A DNA stretch of 64,000 nt from a virus (IMGVR_UViG_3300037087_000181:21257-85256); one strand, 5' to 3'. Counted from the stretch's first letter, positions 9,028-19,017 are shown. A program made the numbers and translations. Notes: generated by a model from the letters alone, not told the origin.

Positions 9028-11406
9028 ATGATTCCGAGTTTTAGCAAATATTCTAATTACGAATTTGCGTTTCCGCATAGAGATCGTAACCCAAAAGAGA
9101 AAAATGACGTTTATGACCGTAACAATGCCGAGGCAGTATACAGTTTGTTTTTAAGAAATAAGTGCGCATTTAATCTTTTTACTATAAATGATTTCTTAAT
9201 GAATCGACTGTATTCTAACGGAGATCAGCCAGTAGATCAGTATAAAAGTTTTCTTTTGCATACCGAAAGCAACGATGGCGACCTGATTTCTGTGAGTAGC
9301 TTTGATGATACACACATAGGTAAACTAAGCAAAAGACAGGGATGGGGAAATGTTCTTTTCAAAAATGTTTCACCTGCCCCAATGATACTAAATGCCATAC
9401 ATGGAATGATGGATAAGTATGATTGGGATGTGTATGCGGACACGATAGACTCTAATTCTAATGATTTAAAAGAAAATGCAGCATATACAAAACTCTGTGA
9501 GGGTATTAACGCTAACTGGCAGGTAGAGTATAAGAAAAATGCAGGTATCCCCGTTGATGAGGATACGGTTCTCCCAAAGTCCATTGAAGAACTAAAACAG
9601 TTTGAGGCCAAGGACGGCTTTAAGTTAAACGTGGCAAGAGCTATGCAAAAACTTACAAGACATTCCTTTAACATCTCAGATTGGGATGGTGACATACGCA
9701 AGAAGGTAGTAGATGATTTAGTTGTGCTTGGTTATGCGGCCGTTAGGGATGTTTTCGATAGCAGAGATTCTAAATGGAAGATTGAGTACACTGATCCCGC
9801 AAATCTTGTTATACAATTTTCAAACGAGCGTGATTATGATGATGCCGAATATGCTGGCTATCTTCATAAATGGACAATATCGAATTTAAGAAATAAACTA
9901 CCAGACGTACCCGAAGAGGAATGGGTTGCACTCGCACACGCAGCATATACACTCTACGATAATCCAAGGGATAAAACATGGGGATTTTATTCACAACTCG
10001 ATCCAACGACAACCACTTATAGATATGATGGATTTAAAGTACCCGTTTTTGAAGCACAGTGGATGGACACCGATACGCAGAAAAAACTTTATTATAAGTC
10101 AGTAAGGGGAAGAAACAGTATTATTGATCTTGATTATGACTCAGAAGTCAAACCACTCGACAAAGATAAAATTAATGCTAATGCAAATCAAGAAGTAAAA
10201 AAAATATTTAAGAGATATACAAGACAAGTTTTTTGGGTGCTTAATACAGACTATGTATTTGATGGAGGCCCTGTTAAAATGGCAGAAAGAGAAGGGCTAT
10301 CTACACCCCATCTTTCTTTTCATGTAGAACAGTTACTCCAACCGTCCTTAATAAAAAGGATGATTCCCATACTCGATCAGATTTCAATGGAGTTTTTGAG
10401 ATGGCAGAACTCGCTTGCCATGATGATTGAAAGAGGATATGCCATCAACACATCAATGCTTGCCAATGTAACCTATGGAGGCAAGACACTCAAACCAAAA
10501 GAAGTCTTGGAGATATGGCAGAAAACAGGAAGATTACTCTATTCTTATGCAAATACCCCCACCCAACTTTACTCTGGAGGGGCAGCCACTCCTGTTACTC
10601 CAATGGAGGGTGGTTTGGGTGCGAGGGTTGAAGAAACAATGAAAGCTCTTGAGATGCACTTTTGGGAACTTGAAAAAGTCACTGGTATTACAATGGCTAA
10701 TTTGGGCATGACCCCACTTCCTCAAACGGGCAAAGATACACAGAAAGATACTCCCATACAAACCCCTAATGTTCTTCAGATAATCATCAATGCTGTAATG
10801 GAGATAAAAAAGAGCGTTGCGACAAGCCTATTAAAAAGGATACAGATTGGACTCAGAAATGACAAGAAAATAAGAGAGGCTTACGAAGGTGTTGTGGGGA
10901 AAACCGACATAGACGCCCTCGTTATGATGGAGGGTGAGGGAGTGCAATATGGTATTGATCTACGACCAAGACCTGATCAGGCACAGAGGGCAACCTTCAG
11001 ACAGTGGATTCAGGTAGCGTTACAGAACACTAGAGAGCAAAGGCCGGGTATAGACCTCAACGATGCTATCTATTTTGAATCCAAATTAAATAATGGTGCT
11101 GATCTTAATGAACTTGAAAAAGAACTTGAATACGCTATCGAGAAGAACAAACAGGTGTCACAACAAAATTCACAGGCAATGATTCAGCAACAGGCACAAG
11201 CCAATGCACAAGCAGAACAGTCAAAGGCACAGGGTCAGATGGCAATAGATAAGAATGTTGCAGATGGCAAAGCACAGGCAGAGGCTCTAAGAGGTAATAT
11301 AAAAGACTCGCTACTTACAAAAGAATATAACATGCAGTTTTTACAGAGTCTTAGAGAAGCGGCAGATGCCGAAAGTGGTATTACTACAAATACTGATGGT
11401 AAATAA
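9028..11406 (+). CDS. portal protein (crAss-like)
   Basis: 792 aa after TerL; YTDPANLVIQ..DYDDAEYAG motif; Q-rich coiled C-terminus. Confidence 0.85.
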   Translation: MIPSFSKYSNYEFAFPHRDRNPKEKNDVYDRNNAEAVYSLFLRNKCAFNLFTINDFLMNRLYSNGDQPVDQYKSFLLHTESNDGDLISVSSFDDTHIGKLSKRQGWGNVLFKNVSPAPMILNAIHGMMDKYDWDVYADTIDSNSNDLKENAAYTKLCEGINANWQVEYKKNAGIPVDEDTVLPKSIEELKQFEAKDGFKLNVARAMQKLTRHSFNISDWDGDIRKKVVDDLVVLGYAAVRDVFDSRDSKWKIEYTDPANLVIQFSNERDYDDAEYAGYLHKWTISNLRNKLPDVPEEEWVALAHAAYTLYDNPRDKTWGFYSQLDPTTTTYRYDGFKVPVFEAQWMDTDTQKKLYYKSVRGRNSIIDLDYDSEVKPLDKDKINANANQEVKKIFKRYTRQVFWVLNTDYVFDGGPVKMAEREGLSTPHLSFHVEQLLQPSLIKRMIPILDQISMEFLRWQNSLAMMIERGYAINTSMLANVTYGGKTLKPKEVLEIWQKTGRLLYSYANTPTQLYSGGAATPVTPMEGGLGARVEETMKALEMHFWELEKVTGITMANLGMTPLPQTGKDTQKDTPIQTPNVLQIIINAVMEIKKSVATSLLKRIQIGLRNDKKIREAYEGVVGKTDIDALVMMEGEGVQYGIDLRPRPDQAQRATFRQWIQVALQNTREQRPGIDLNDAIYFESKLNNGADLNELEKELEYAIEKNKQVSQQNSQAMIQQQAQANAQAEQSKAQGQMAIDKNVADGKAQAEALRGNIKDSLLTKEYNMQFLQSLREAADAESGITTNTDGK

Positions 11407-11421
11407 TTAAACAAAAAGAAT

Positions 11422-11730
11422 ATGTCTTGTGTTGATGATTATAAAATAGCCTTGAATATTTTAGCTAAACTGGGTATCAATCATCCTGATTTTATAAAGG
11501 AATATGCCAAGGCAAAGAACATGTTGCATCAATTTGATAGTTTTAATGCAGTGCAACATCATAAGAACACTCACGTATCCGTACTACAGTCCCCACAATC
11601 GACTCAAGTGGGTCAACCCGATCAAAGTACCGCACAGGAACCGTTGGGGGCTACGGGACTTCAAAGCGCACCTAATACACCAGCTACATCGCAGGGACAA
11701 CCCTCGGTAGGGAAATACGATAATATCTAA
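11422..11730 (+). CDS. hypothetical protein with S/T/P/Q-rich C-terminus
   Basis: ORF in operon. Confidence 0.65.
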   Translation: MSCVDDYKIALNILAKLGINHPDFIKEYAKAKNMLHQFDSFNAVQHHKNTHVSVLQSPQSTQVGQPDQSTAQEPLGATGLQSAPNTPATSQGQPSVGKYDNI

Positions 11731-12528
11731 ATGCCAAACAAGAATAGAGCATTATATGACCAATTAAAGAGTGAGGGCTATTATACTAAGTCCTATGACC
11801 AGTTTGTGTCCCAGTTTTCTAATCCCGATAAACTTGCGAGGTTACATGACGTAATGCAAAATGACGGATTATACACAAAAACAGTTGATGATTTTAAAAA
11901 CCAGTTTTTTCAACTTCCCGATTCAGACAAAGTGGATTATGGTGTAATCCCCGTAAAGGACACAAGAGAAAATGATTCAGTAACAAACATGCCAGTATCA
12001 GATAATAATAGATTACACGCCAATATTGATACTGATTCGGCAAAAGAAATAGTTAGTAAGGCTAAAAAACATGGTGTTGATCCATATACTGCTCTTGCTG
12101 TCGCATATCAGGAAACAGGATATTCTAATGAATATGGAGATAATCCCTTTTTCGTATTAGTAAAAAACCCGGATGAGCTTACTAAATTTCAAAAAGACCC
12201 AGTTGATTATAGTATGCAATTAATGAGTGATAAGAATAAGTATGCTAAAAAACTAGGGAAGAAATCGGATGAGGATATTATTCAGGCGTGGAACGGCTAT
12301 GGAAAGGTTGGCGGTAATAATGATCTTTCTATTTCTCCCATAAAAAAGATGTATGGTGTTGATGTGTCTAAAAATCCGATTGATATGAACAAGAATCCCG
12401 TTTACGGGAAGCGAGTAATAGATATACGGGATAATATTCTAAAGAAGAACCCCGATATAGTTAAATTAGTTAATGAGACAACATCTTCACAAGGCGGAGG
12501 TCAGGGAACACTTGATCTACCACAATAA
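11731..12528 (+). CDS. lytic transglycosylase (SLT/lysozyme-like) with duplicated N-terminal motif
   Basis: AKKHGVDPYTALAVAYQET catalytic Glu motif; AWNG motif. Confidence 0.7.
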   Translation: MPNKNRALYDQLKSEGYYTKSYDQFVSQFSNPDKLARLHDVMQNDGLYTKTVDDFKNQFFQLPDSDKVDYGVIPVKDTRENDSVTNMPVSDNNRLHANIDTDSAKEIVSKAKKHGVDPYTALAVAYQETGYSNEYGDNPFFVLVKNPDELTKFQKDPVDYSMQLMSDKNKYAKKLGKKSDEDIIQAWNGYGKVGGNNDLSISPIKKMYGVDVSKNPIDMNKNPVYGKRVIDIRDNILKKNPDIVKLVNETTSSQGGGQGTLDLPQ

Positions 12529-12539
12529 AATGAAAGCCT

Positions 12540-12839
12540 ATGATATGCAATGTAGAAATATTAACATTTATACTTCTTTTCATTGCATATGTTTTATTTG
12601 ACTTTTTATATGGGTGGTACATCATCGCAGTTCAAAATCTTAAAATAACACTTGCTACATTTCTGAGCCTTATGATAGGCACAATATCTTACGGAGGAGT
12701 AATAAAAATAGTAGATAATCCCTATTGCGGAGTTCCAATAATACTTGGAGGGGGACTTGGAACATTCTTAATTCTTTGGTGGCAGAAGAAAAAATCAAGG
12801 TTTGCTCACGACATTAATGTCCCGACCAAAAATAGTTGA
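12540..12839 (+). CDS. membrane protein (about 3 TM)
   Basis: Hydrophobic segments; basic C-terminus. Confidence 0.65.
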   Translation: MICNVEILTFILLFIAYVLFDFLYGWYIIAVQNLKITLATFLSLMIGTISYGGVIKIVDNPYCGVPIILGGGLGTFLILWWQKKKSRFAHDINVPTKNS

Positions 12840-12846
12840 TAAAATA

Positions 12847-12878
12847 TTTGGTAGTTTCATTTATTCGTCTTACATTTG
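12847..12878 (+). promoter_or_regulatory. sigma-A promoter (-33 TTTG, 20 nt, TACATTTG)
   Basis: Seen directly. Confidence 0.75.
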
Positions 12879-12894
12879 GGGAAAATTAAAGATT

Positions 12895-13080
12895 ATGTTT
12901 TATTGTAGTAAATGTGCAGAAGAAAATGATTATCCAATAACATTTATAAATTCTTATGGTGAGTGTGAAATTTGTAGAAAAGTTACTTTATGTAATGAAT
13001 GTCCAAGTTTACGTCTTCCTGAAAAGGGAAAATATGGGTGTGGAATAGATACCATAATAGAAACTCCCGCTAAAGAATGA
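12895..13080 (+). CDS. small Cys-rich (zinc-finger-like) protein
   Basis: CxxC...CxxC...CxxC; ATG 12895 follows the promoter. Confidence 0.6.
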   Translation: MFYCSKCAEENDYPITFINSYGECEICRKVTLCNECPSLRLPEKGKYGCGIDTIIETPAKE

Positions 13081-13127
13081 ATTAAATATAAGAAATATGG
13101 CATAAAAACAATTGTATAAATTATAGT

Positions 13128-13161
13128 AATAACACTCCCTAAAAGAGTGTTATTTTTTTTT
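13128..13161 (+). terminator. Rho-independent terminator
   Basis: AATAACACTC-7 nt-GAGTGTTATT followed by a T run. Confidence 0.8.
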
Positions 13162-13165
13162 ATAT

Positions 13166-13173
13166 TAACTTTG
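13166..13173 (+). promoter_or_regulatory. -7 promoter element TAACTTTG
   Basis: Upstream of the scaffold/capsid operon. Confidence 0.7.
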
Positions 13174-13198
13174 TGCCGAAAAACAAAGAAACAGAGAC

Positions 13199-14344
13199 AT
13201 GGCAGACCCATTAGAAAGATTTACAAAACCTCCCGTGGAGGCAAGTGATCAAAATACAGTAACGGTAGGGACGCCTCCTGCTACTGAAACACTAACACCG
13301 AGTACAGAAACAAGTACTCCGACAAACCAGACTGCACAGGCACAGCCGCAGACGCCAACACCAAAGTCAAAGCCTGACGAGTTCATTGAGAATTTTAATA
13401 AACGATTTTCTACTCCGTTTAAGAATGATGATGACATTAAGAACATCCTCGGACTTCAGCAAAAGATAGTTGAATATGAGGGGAAGGCCAAACTTAGTGA
13501 ATCGCAGACTAAAGAGATAGAAGATTACAAAAAGCAAATTGAGAATTTTAAGAACAGCACCAACGGTGCGGAGTTACTTGAAAAACCCCTATTAAGGAAG
13601 GCTTACATAGCTGACCAATTGCTCGCTAAGTACCCCGACAAAGACCCGTACACATTACAAGAGATAGTAATGAGTGACGTAAGTAAGATGTCGGACATTG
13701 ATGTACTTGTAAAGGCACAGAAGATCAATCACCCCAACATTGCGGAGAATGATCTAAGAGCCGCCATTTACAAGAAAAATGGTATCGACCCTGACATAAA
13801 ACCAGAAGATTGGGATAGTGTCACAAGAGCCGAGCTTGCCATGAGTGCAGATGACGCAAGAGCAACACTAAAAACTTTAACTTCTGGTATCGAGTTTCCA
13901 AAGGCGGCAACGAAAGAACAGAGGGATGCAGATGAGGTAATAGCCCTGCAAAAGAGAATACAGGCAACGGATCCTCTAAAAGCAGAGTTCACCACATTTG
14001 ATAAGTTTAAATCAGAGAAGGGGAAAATTGATTATGATGTTCCGGCTGATTTCAAAGCCAAACTCCCGGATATGTTTCAAGCGATGTTTGTAGATGCAGG
14101 ACTTGATCCAACACCTGAGAATAAGGCAACGGCAATGGAGTTAAGAGATATGACTTTTCTTTACCAGAATATAGACAAGATAATCGAAGTTAAGGTTAAG
14201 GAGGGACAAACCGAAATCCAAAGGAAACTGGACGAGGCGCTCAATAACACCACGCCACCTAACACTAAAACAGCCACGGACGAAGGATCACCACAAGATA
14301 ACCGCAGAGGATTGGGAGCGTTTCTTGAAGATATGAAACACTAA
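13199..14344 (+). CDS. putative scaffold/head assembly protein
   Basis: Acidic, helical, disordered termini; immediately upstream of the MCP. Confidence 0.6.
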   Translation: MADPLERFTKPPVEASDQNTVTVGTPPATETLTPSTETSTPTNQTAQAQPQTPTPKSKPDEFIENFNKRFSTPFKNDDDIKNILGLQQKIVEYEGKAKLSESQTKEIEDYKKQIENFKNSTNGAELLEKPLLRKAYIADQLLAKYPDKDPYTLQEIVMSDVSKMSDIDVLVKAQKINHPNIAENDLRAAIYKKNGIDPDIKPEDWDSVTRAELAMSADDARATLKTLTSGIEFPKAATKEQRDADEVIALQKRIQATDPLKAEFTTFDKFKSEKGKIDYDVPADFKAKLPDMFQAMFVDAGLDPTPENKATAMELRDMTFLYQNIDKIIEVKVKEGQTEIQRKLDEALNNTTPPNTKTATDEGSPQDNRRGLGAFLEDMKH

Positions 14345-14374
14345 TAATAACGACTTAAAAACTTTTAAAATAAA

Positions 14375-15844
14375 ATGTCAACAATTTCTTCACCCGCAGT
14401 ATTAAGTAACACAATTAATACTGGTTATAGCACCGTATGGGCATCTCTGTATGATACAGACATGCTTGTACCGCAGATTTGGGGCGAGATCGTAAAACTT
14501 TACGGCCCCGGTATTGGACTACTTGAGTTCCTCTATATGGCAGGTTCTATCGTTCCTATTGCAGGGCCGACAAAGAAACTGTTTGAAGAACTTTCTCTCG
14601 TAAGACTTGTTACTACTGAAGGCGCATCTGGCGCAGTAGCCCCAGCAGCAGCATGGACTCTTCATCTTTCATTAGCAGACTTTAGTGGAACAACTGACAA
14701 CGCTTATCTTTCAGTGAAGGATATCATTGTAGTTCCCGCTAAATACGTTACCAAAAACAGCGTAAAAGTTACCAAACCTTCATTGTGGCAGGTAACGGCT
14801 ATAGATACAACCGATACAACTGGTAAGAGCTATACTCTTTATGGTCTTGACGCTCTTGACCGTATTAATGTAACTATACCAACAGGAACTAAACTGATGG
14901 TTACTGGTGGAGCTTATGCCAATGGTGTACAGGGTGGAAGCCCCAAATCGTCAGGATGGCAGACAAGGCTTTTTTATTGCTCAACAAGACGTCAGAACTG
15001 GGCTATAATGGGTAGCCAACAGTCTAATCAGAGATACTACGAAACTCTTAGAGGTGGGGGAACTGGTATTTTTACCAAGGCAACCATGGAATGCGACTTC
15101 TTACTGAGTAAGTATATTAATGATGACATTATGCTTGGTCAGCTTTTAACAGCCGCCACAGCCCTTAATCAGACTGATAGGGACGGCAATAGTGTAAAAC
15201 CTACTAATACTCTTGGTCTTATAGGACACCTTGTAGATGGTGGAATGAAACAGTACTACACCACTTCGTATCAGTACAGCGATTTTGACGATATCAAACC
15301 TCTCTTGCTCTCACAGGGTATCACTGGTAGAAACGTCAACTTCTTCATGGGTAGCGAACTCTACAAACAACTTGAGAACTCCGGCTTAGACTTTAAAAAA
15401 GAATTTGCTGGCGGAACAACCTACGGAAACATAGGCGAGATTGACGCATCACTGAAGTTCATTCACAAGAACGGTGTGCAGACAACCTTCAAAGAGTTAC
15501 CATCATTCAGTGACCCGACAGCTTATGGAGCAACAGCCTTCGATGATTACTTCACAGGCATGGGATTTATTTGTCCCGATGTTGATGTAACCGTCAGAGG
15601 AAGCATGGAAGAACCCGCAGCCTTCAAGATGAAAAACCTTGCACTCGGATACAAAAACTACAACGGCGAAAATAGAACTCGTATCAATAAAGTTCTTCCG
15701 GGTGTAGCAAACATAGGACAAGTTCCTAGTGACATTGCTGTTGACACCTACGACGATGTGCGCGGCGAGATGTTATCAGAATACGCATTGATAGTGTTGC
15801 ACCGCAATCAGATGGTGCTCGTACAGTCTGACGCAATTCTATAG
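14375..15844 (+). CDS. major capsid protein
   Basis: 489 aa; position after portal/scaffold; strong terminator downstream; codon usage suggesting high expression. Confidence 0.8.
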   Translation: MSTISSPAVLSNTINTGYSTVWASLYDTDMLVPQIWGEIVKLYGPGIGLLEFLYMAGSIVPIAGPTKKLFEELSLVRLVTTEGASGAVAPAAAWTLHLSLADFSGTTDNAYLSVKDIIVVPAKYVTKNSVKVTKPSLWQVTAIDTTDTTGKSYTLYGLDALDRINVTIPTGTKLMVTGGAYANGVQGGSPKSSGWQTRLFYCSTRRQNWAIMGSQQSNQRYYETLRGGGTGIFTKATMECDFLLSKYINDDIMLGQLLTAATALNQTDRDGNSVKPTNTLGLIGHLVDGGMKQYYTTSYQYSDFDDIKPLLLSQGITGRNVNFFMGSELYKQLENSGLDFKKEFAGGTTYGNIGEIDASLKFIHKNGVQTTFKELPSFSDPTAYGATAFDDYFTGMGFICPDVDVTVRGSMEEPAAFKMKNLALGYKNYNGENRTRINKVLPGVANIGQVPSDIAVDTYDDVRGEMLSEYALIVLHRNQMVLVQSDAIL

Positions 15845-15864
15845 TCTTTAACTCATAAATTTTC

Positions 15865-15897
15865 AAAAGAGGGTGGAGAAATCTTCCCTCTTTTTTT
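15865..15897 (+). terminator. Rho-independent terminator
   Basis: AAAAGAGGG...CCCTCTTTT followed by a T run. Confidence 0.85.
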
Positions 15898-15917
15898 GTT
15901 TTATCAAATAAAAGCAT

Positions 15918-16018
15918 TATCTTTGTGTAGGATAGATGGGAATAAGCTCCCCATTGATACGGGTACACCAACGCCCTTCCCTTCTTTTAATGTTGGTAAA
16001 ATTAAATTAGTTGGTTCA
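15918..16018 (+). promoter_or_regulatory. -7 element TATCTTTG plus structured 5' leader of HNH gene
   Basis: ATGGG/CCCAT and GGGT/GCCC hairpins; ACCAAC complementary to two GTTGGT copies. Confidence 0.55.
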
Positions 16019-16759
16019 ATGGCACATAAAATTTGTACAAAATGTAAACAAGACAAAGAATTGTCTGAGTTTAATAAATGTAGCAGGGTTAAAGATGGAC
16101 ACAAGGCTGAGTGTCGGGATTGTCAGAAAAAAGGGAAGAAGGTCTATGACGATAATCATCCTAATCACAATCACGATTATTATACTGAAAATACTGAAAA
16201 AATATTAAAGCAAAATAAAGAATGGGCAATAAACCATAGAGAACAATCTAATCAGATTAAAAATAATTATGTAATAAGACATCCCAAGGAAAGACTTGAA
16301 CAAAGTAACCGCTATTACCATAACAATACAGATAGGGTTAAAATATATGTTAATAATAATAGAGAGGAAATTAATAAAAAGAGAAGGATATACATGCAAA
16401 CTCATCCACAAGCAAGAATGGCGCACAATCTCAGATCAAGGCTTGGTGCTGTATTGTCCGGGAGAAGTAAAGGTGGGCGATTATATTCACTTGTAGGATG
16501 TGATATGGATTACTTTAAAAACTATATTGAAAAGTTTTGGACGGAAGGAATGTTTTGGAGTAATTACGGAAAAGATCATGGTAGGTGGAGTCTGGATCAT
16601 ACCATTCCACTTGAATCATTTGATTTAACAAACGAAGAAGAGCAAAAGGAAGCGTTCCATTATACCAACATGAGACCGATGTGGTATCCTGAGAACTCAT
16701 CAAAAGGCAGTCTTCATAATGGGAAACGACACAACAAGAAGAATAAGTATGAGTATTAA
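16019..16759 (+). CDS. HNH-type homing endonuclease (N-terminal CxxC zinc ribbon)
   Basis: KICTKC...CRDC; GMFWSNYG...WSLDHTIP...FHYTNMRPMW..ENSSKG. Confidence 0.85.
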   Translation: MAHKICTKCKQDKELSEFNKCSRVKDGHKAECRDCQKKGKKVYDDNHPNHNHDYYTENTEKILKQNKEWAINHREQSNQIKNNYVIRHPKERLEQSNRYYHNNTDRVKIYVNNNREEINKKRRIYMQTHPQARMAHNLRSRLGAVLSGRSKGGRLYSLVGCDMDYFKNYIEKFWTEGMFWSNYGKDHGRWSLDHTIPLESFDLTNEEEQKEAFHYTNMRPMWYPENSSKGSLHNGKRHNKKNKYEY

Positions 16760-17432
16760 AGAACAATATTCCATAAAACCTATTCCTTTTGATGACTGTA
16801 AGGAATGGCTGCTCTATAAACATTATGCCCACCGAATGTGTCCTATTTCTTTTTCCTTTGGTCTTTTTGATATTAATAATATAATAATTGGTTGTTGTGT
16901 GTTTGGTGGTTCAGCCAACAGAAATAATGTAAGGATAGGCAATTTTGATGTATTAGAACTTAATAGGTTAGTCGTTAATGAAGGACTTAAGAAAAACGTG
17001 TTATCTTTTTTTGTGTCGCAATGTTTACGACAACTACCAATCCCATTAATTATAATTTCTTATGCAGACCCCGGCAAGGGACATTACGGTTATATATATC
17101 AAGCCACAAACTGGTTATATTTTGGACAAGGGCAAAGGAAAGATGGTGGATGGGATTCAGGTGTAACTTCATTTATTAAAGACAATAAAGAGTATCATGG
17201 AAAAACAGTTTCTACTCTTATTGGTTCGGCATCAAAAGAGGAGGCAGAAAAATACGGATTTACTCGGTTATTTTCTAAACCCAAACATAAATATATCTAT
17301 TTATTAGGAACAAAACAAGATAAAAAACGTATGATGGCGGATATTCCTTATCATATTATGCCATATCCCAAAGGTGACAATATAAGATATGACACTAACT
17401 TCAAACTAACTACCCAAGGAATGTTATTTTAA
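16749..17432 (+). CDS. Mom-family adenine-modification (GNAT) protein
   Basis: KHYAHR, LELNRL, ISYAD...HYGYIYQATNW and KHKYIY..PYPK signature. Confidence 0.8.
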   Translation: MSIKEQYSIKPIPFDDCKEWLLYKHYAHRMCPISFSFGLFDINNIIIGCCVFGGSANRNNVRIGNFDVLELNRLVVNEGLKKNVLSFFVSQCLRQLPIPLIIISYADPGKGHYGYIYQATNWLYFGQGQRKDGGWDSGVTSFIKDNKEYHGKTVSTLIGSASKEEAEKYGFTRLFSKPKHKYIYLLGTKQDKKRMMADIPYHIMPYPKGDNIRYDTNFKLTTQGMLF

Positions 17433-17439
17433 TTTTACC

Positions 17440-17447
17440 TATCTTTG
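17440..17447 (+). promoter_or_regulatory. -7 promoter element TATCTTTG
   Basis: Upstream of ATG 17475. Confidence 0.65.
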
Positions 17448-17474
17448 CATCCGAAACAAGTAAAACAGAAACAG

Positions 17475-18626
17475 ATGATCATTATTAACAATCAGCGTCT
17501 ATTAAATATAGACAGGGCTTACGAAGACGAAAACGACCCTCTTCATGTTTATGCGAAGGAGTATAAGAATGGGCTCAAAGAACTTCGTAGAAAATACCCC
17601 GAAGGAACAATAACTTTTAAACCCACAAAAGAAGAACCCACCATTGATCGCTATGACGGCAAGGGAAACGAGTTTAGGGATGTGCCTGAAGACCCCAAAC
17701 CAATTGCTATTCCACTAAGAGCAAACGTAGTAAACCCATCAAGAGGAACTGAATATTGGGGCGTATGTCAGGGTGCTCCTTATGAGGTTCGTAATAATGT
17801 TTGGGATATCGGAGATAAACTATCAAGTAAATCTAAGTTAGTTACAGGTAGTCTTATCGTAAACCTCAAGACAGAACCCGACCTTGCTTTCTTTATGTAT
17901 TTCAAAAGTCCGCTTGTCACTGGAGGTCATTGGAAGATTGATGATCCTAAAGCTGATGTAAGGGCAAAAGGTGACGAAGAAAGGGCAGCTCTTTCTTTAA
18001 GAACGGCTATCTGGCAGACACTCGGAGACGAAGATACGCTTAAACTTGTAGCCTCCGCCTATGGTATAGACAATGTAGAAACAAAGGAAGCTGATGAAAT
18101 AAGATTTGAGCTACGGGACACCCTCGATAGAAACAACAAACTCAAACTGTCAGACCCTACCTATAAGGGCACGGAAGAGTTCATGGAAGACTTAAAGATT
18201 ACAGACTATATTCTCCTTTGTGCTTTTATTAAACATTTTCTTAACTTGAAGGCTATCACTTGGAGACCGGACGGTAGATATAAGATCGGAGACAAAACTA
18301 TTGCACAGGTTCCCGCAGACTGGGTAAAACGCAAGTTTGAATGGCTATGCAATTATTTTACATCACCTAATAACCTTGAAAAACTTCAGTCTTTGATGAT
18401 TGATGTTGTCAATGAGGAATATCTTGACTCTATAAAAGAGGATAAAATCTTCCGTTGGATCGCTAAGGTAAAAGACATTCAGGGTTTCTATAATAAAAAA
18501 ACAGACGAGGTACGTGAGATGGTTTATGTGGACTTCGGCATACACGAGCCAATAGTCGAGGAATCCTTGACAGTTAACACAGAACCGCCCGCAAAAGTAA
18601 AAACAAATAAAACAAAGGGAACTTAA
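17475..18626 (+). CDS. conserved head-module protein (crAss post-MCP gene-like)
   Basis: Long ORF in the position following the MCP; start moved to the ATG after the promoter. Confidence 0.6.
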   Translation: MIIINNQRLLNIDRAYEDENDPLHVYAKEYKNGLKELRRKYPEGTITFKPTKEEPTIDRYDGKGNEFRDVPEDPKPIAIPLRANVVNPSRGTEYWGVCQGAPYEVRNNVWDIGDKLSSKSKLVTGSLIVNLKTEPDLAFFMYFKSPLVTGGHWKIDDPKADVRAKGDEERAALSLRTAIWQTLGDEDTLKLVASAYGIDNVETKEADEIRFELRDTLDRNNKLKLSDPTYKGTEEFMEDLKITDYILLCAFIKHFLNLKAITWRPDGRYKIGDKTIAQVPADWVKRKFEWLCNYFTSPNNLEKLQSLMIDVVNEEYLDSIKEDKIFRWIAKVKDIQGFYNKKTDEVREMVYVDFGIHEPIVEESLTVNTEPPAKVKTNKTKGT

Positions 18627-18641
18627 AAATTCTGTTTCTGG

Positions 18642-18701
18642 TTTCCCTTCGGGGAAATTTCTTGTTCTTTGCCCCCTTACGTGTATCGGGGCAAAGTTTT
18701 T
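18642..18701 (+). terminator. UUCG hairpin plus Rho-independent terminator
   Basis: TTTCCC-TTCG-GGGAAA; CTTTGCCCC...GGGGCAAAG followed by a T run. Confidence 0.8.
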
Positions 18702-18709
18702 ATAAAATA

Positions 18710-18741
18710 GTTGGTGGATTCAAATATTTGACTTATCTTTG
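18710..18741 (+). promoter_or_regulatory. sigma-A promoter (GTTG, 20 nt, TATCTTTG)
   Basis: Seen directly. Confidence 0.7.
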
Positions 18742-18817
18742 TTGTCACTATTCGACAGATAAGTATTAATAATTAAAAACGGAGGTCGCCATGAAGTAAA
18801 ACCAATACTTCAGTTAA

Positions 18818-18958
18818 ATGGCAAAGAAAAAAGACGGTAAGGGCAAAGGGACAAAGAAATATGGTCGCAACAAACGCCCTGTAAATTCCGCAATGAGTTC
18901 TTACGTCAGAGGGAAAATAACCTTTGAGAGTTATCAAAAACAAAACAAGTCTACCTAG
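18818..18958 (+). CDS. small Lys/Arg-rich peptide (46 aa)
   Basis: Hand-translated MAKKKDGKGKGTKKYGRNKRPVNSAMSSYVRGKITFESYQKQNKST*; lies between its own promoter and terminator. Confidence 0.65.
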   Translation: MAKKKDGKGKGTKKYGRNKRPVNSAMSSYVRGKITFESYQKQNKST

Positions 18959-18987
18959 CCAATACCGCTTGTGTTAGTTGGCTCGTA

Positions 18988-19017
18988 AAAAGTCCTCGGT
19001 TTTGAACCGGGGCTTTT
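18988..19017 (+). terminator. Rho-independent terminator
   Basis: AAAAGTCCTCGGTT-TTG-AACCGGGGCTTTT. Confidence 0.75.
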
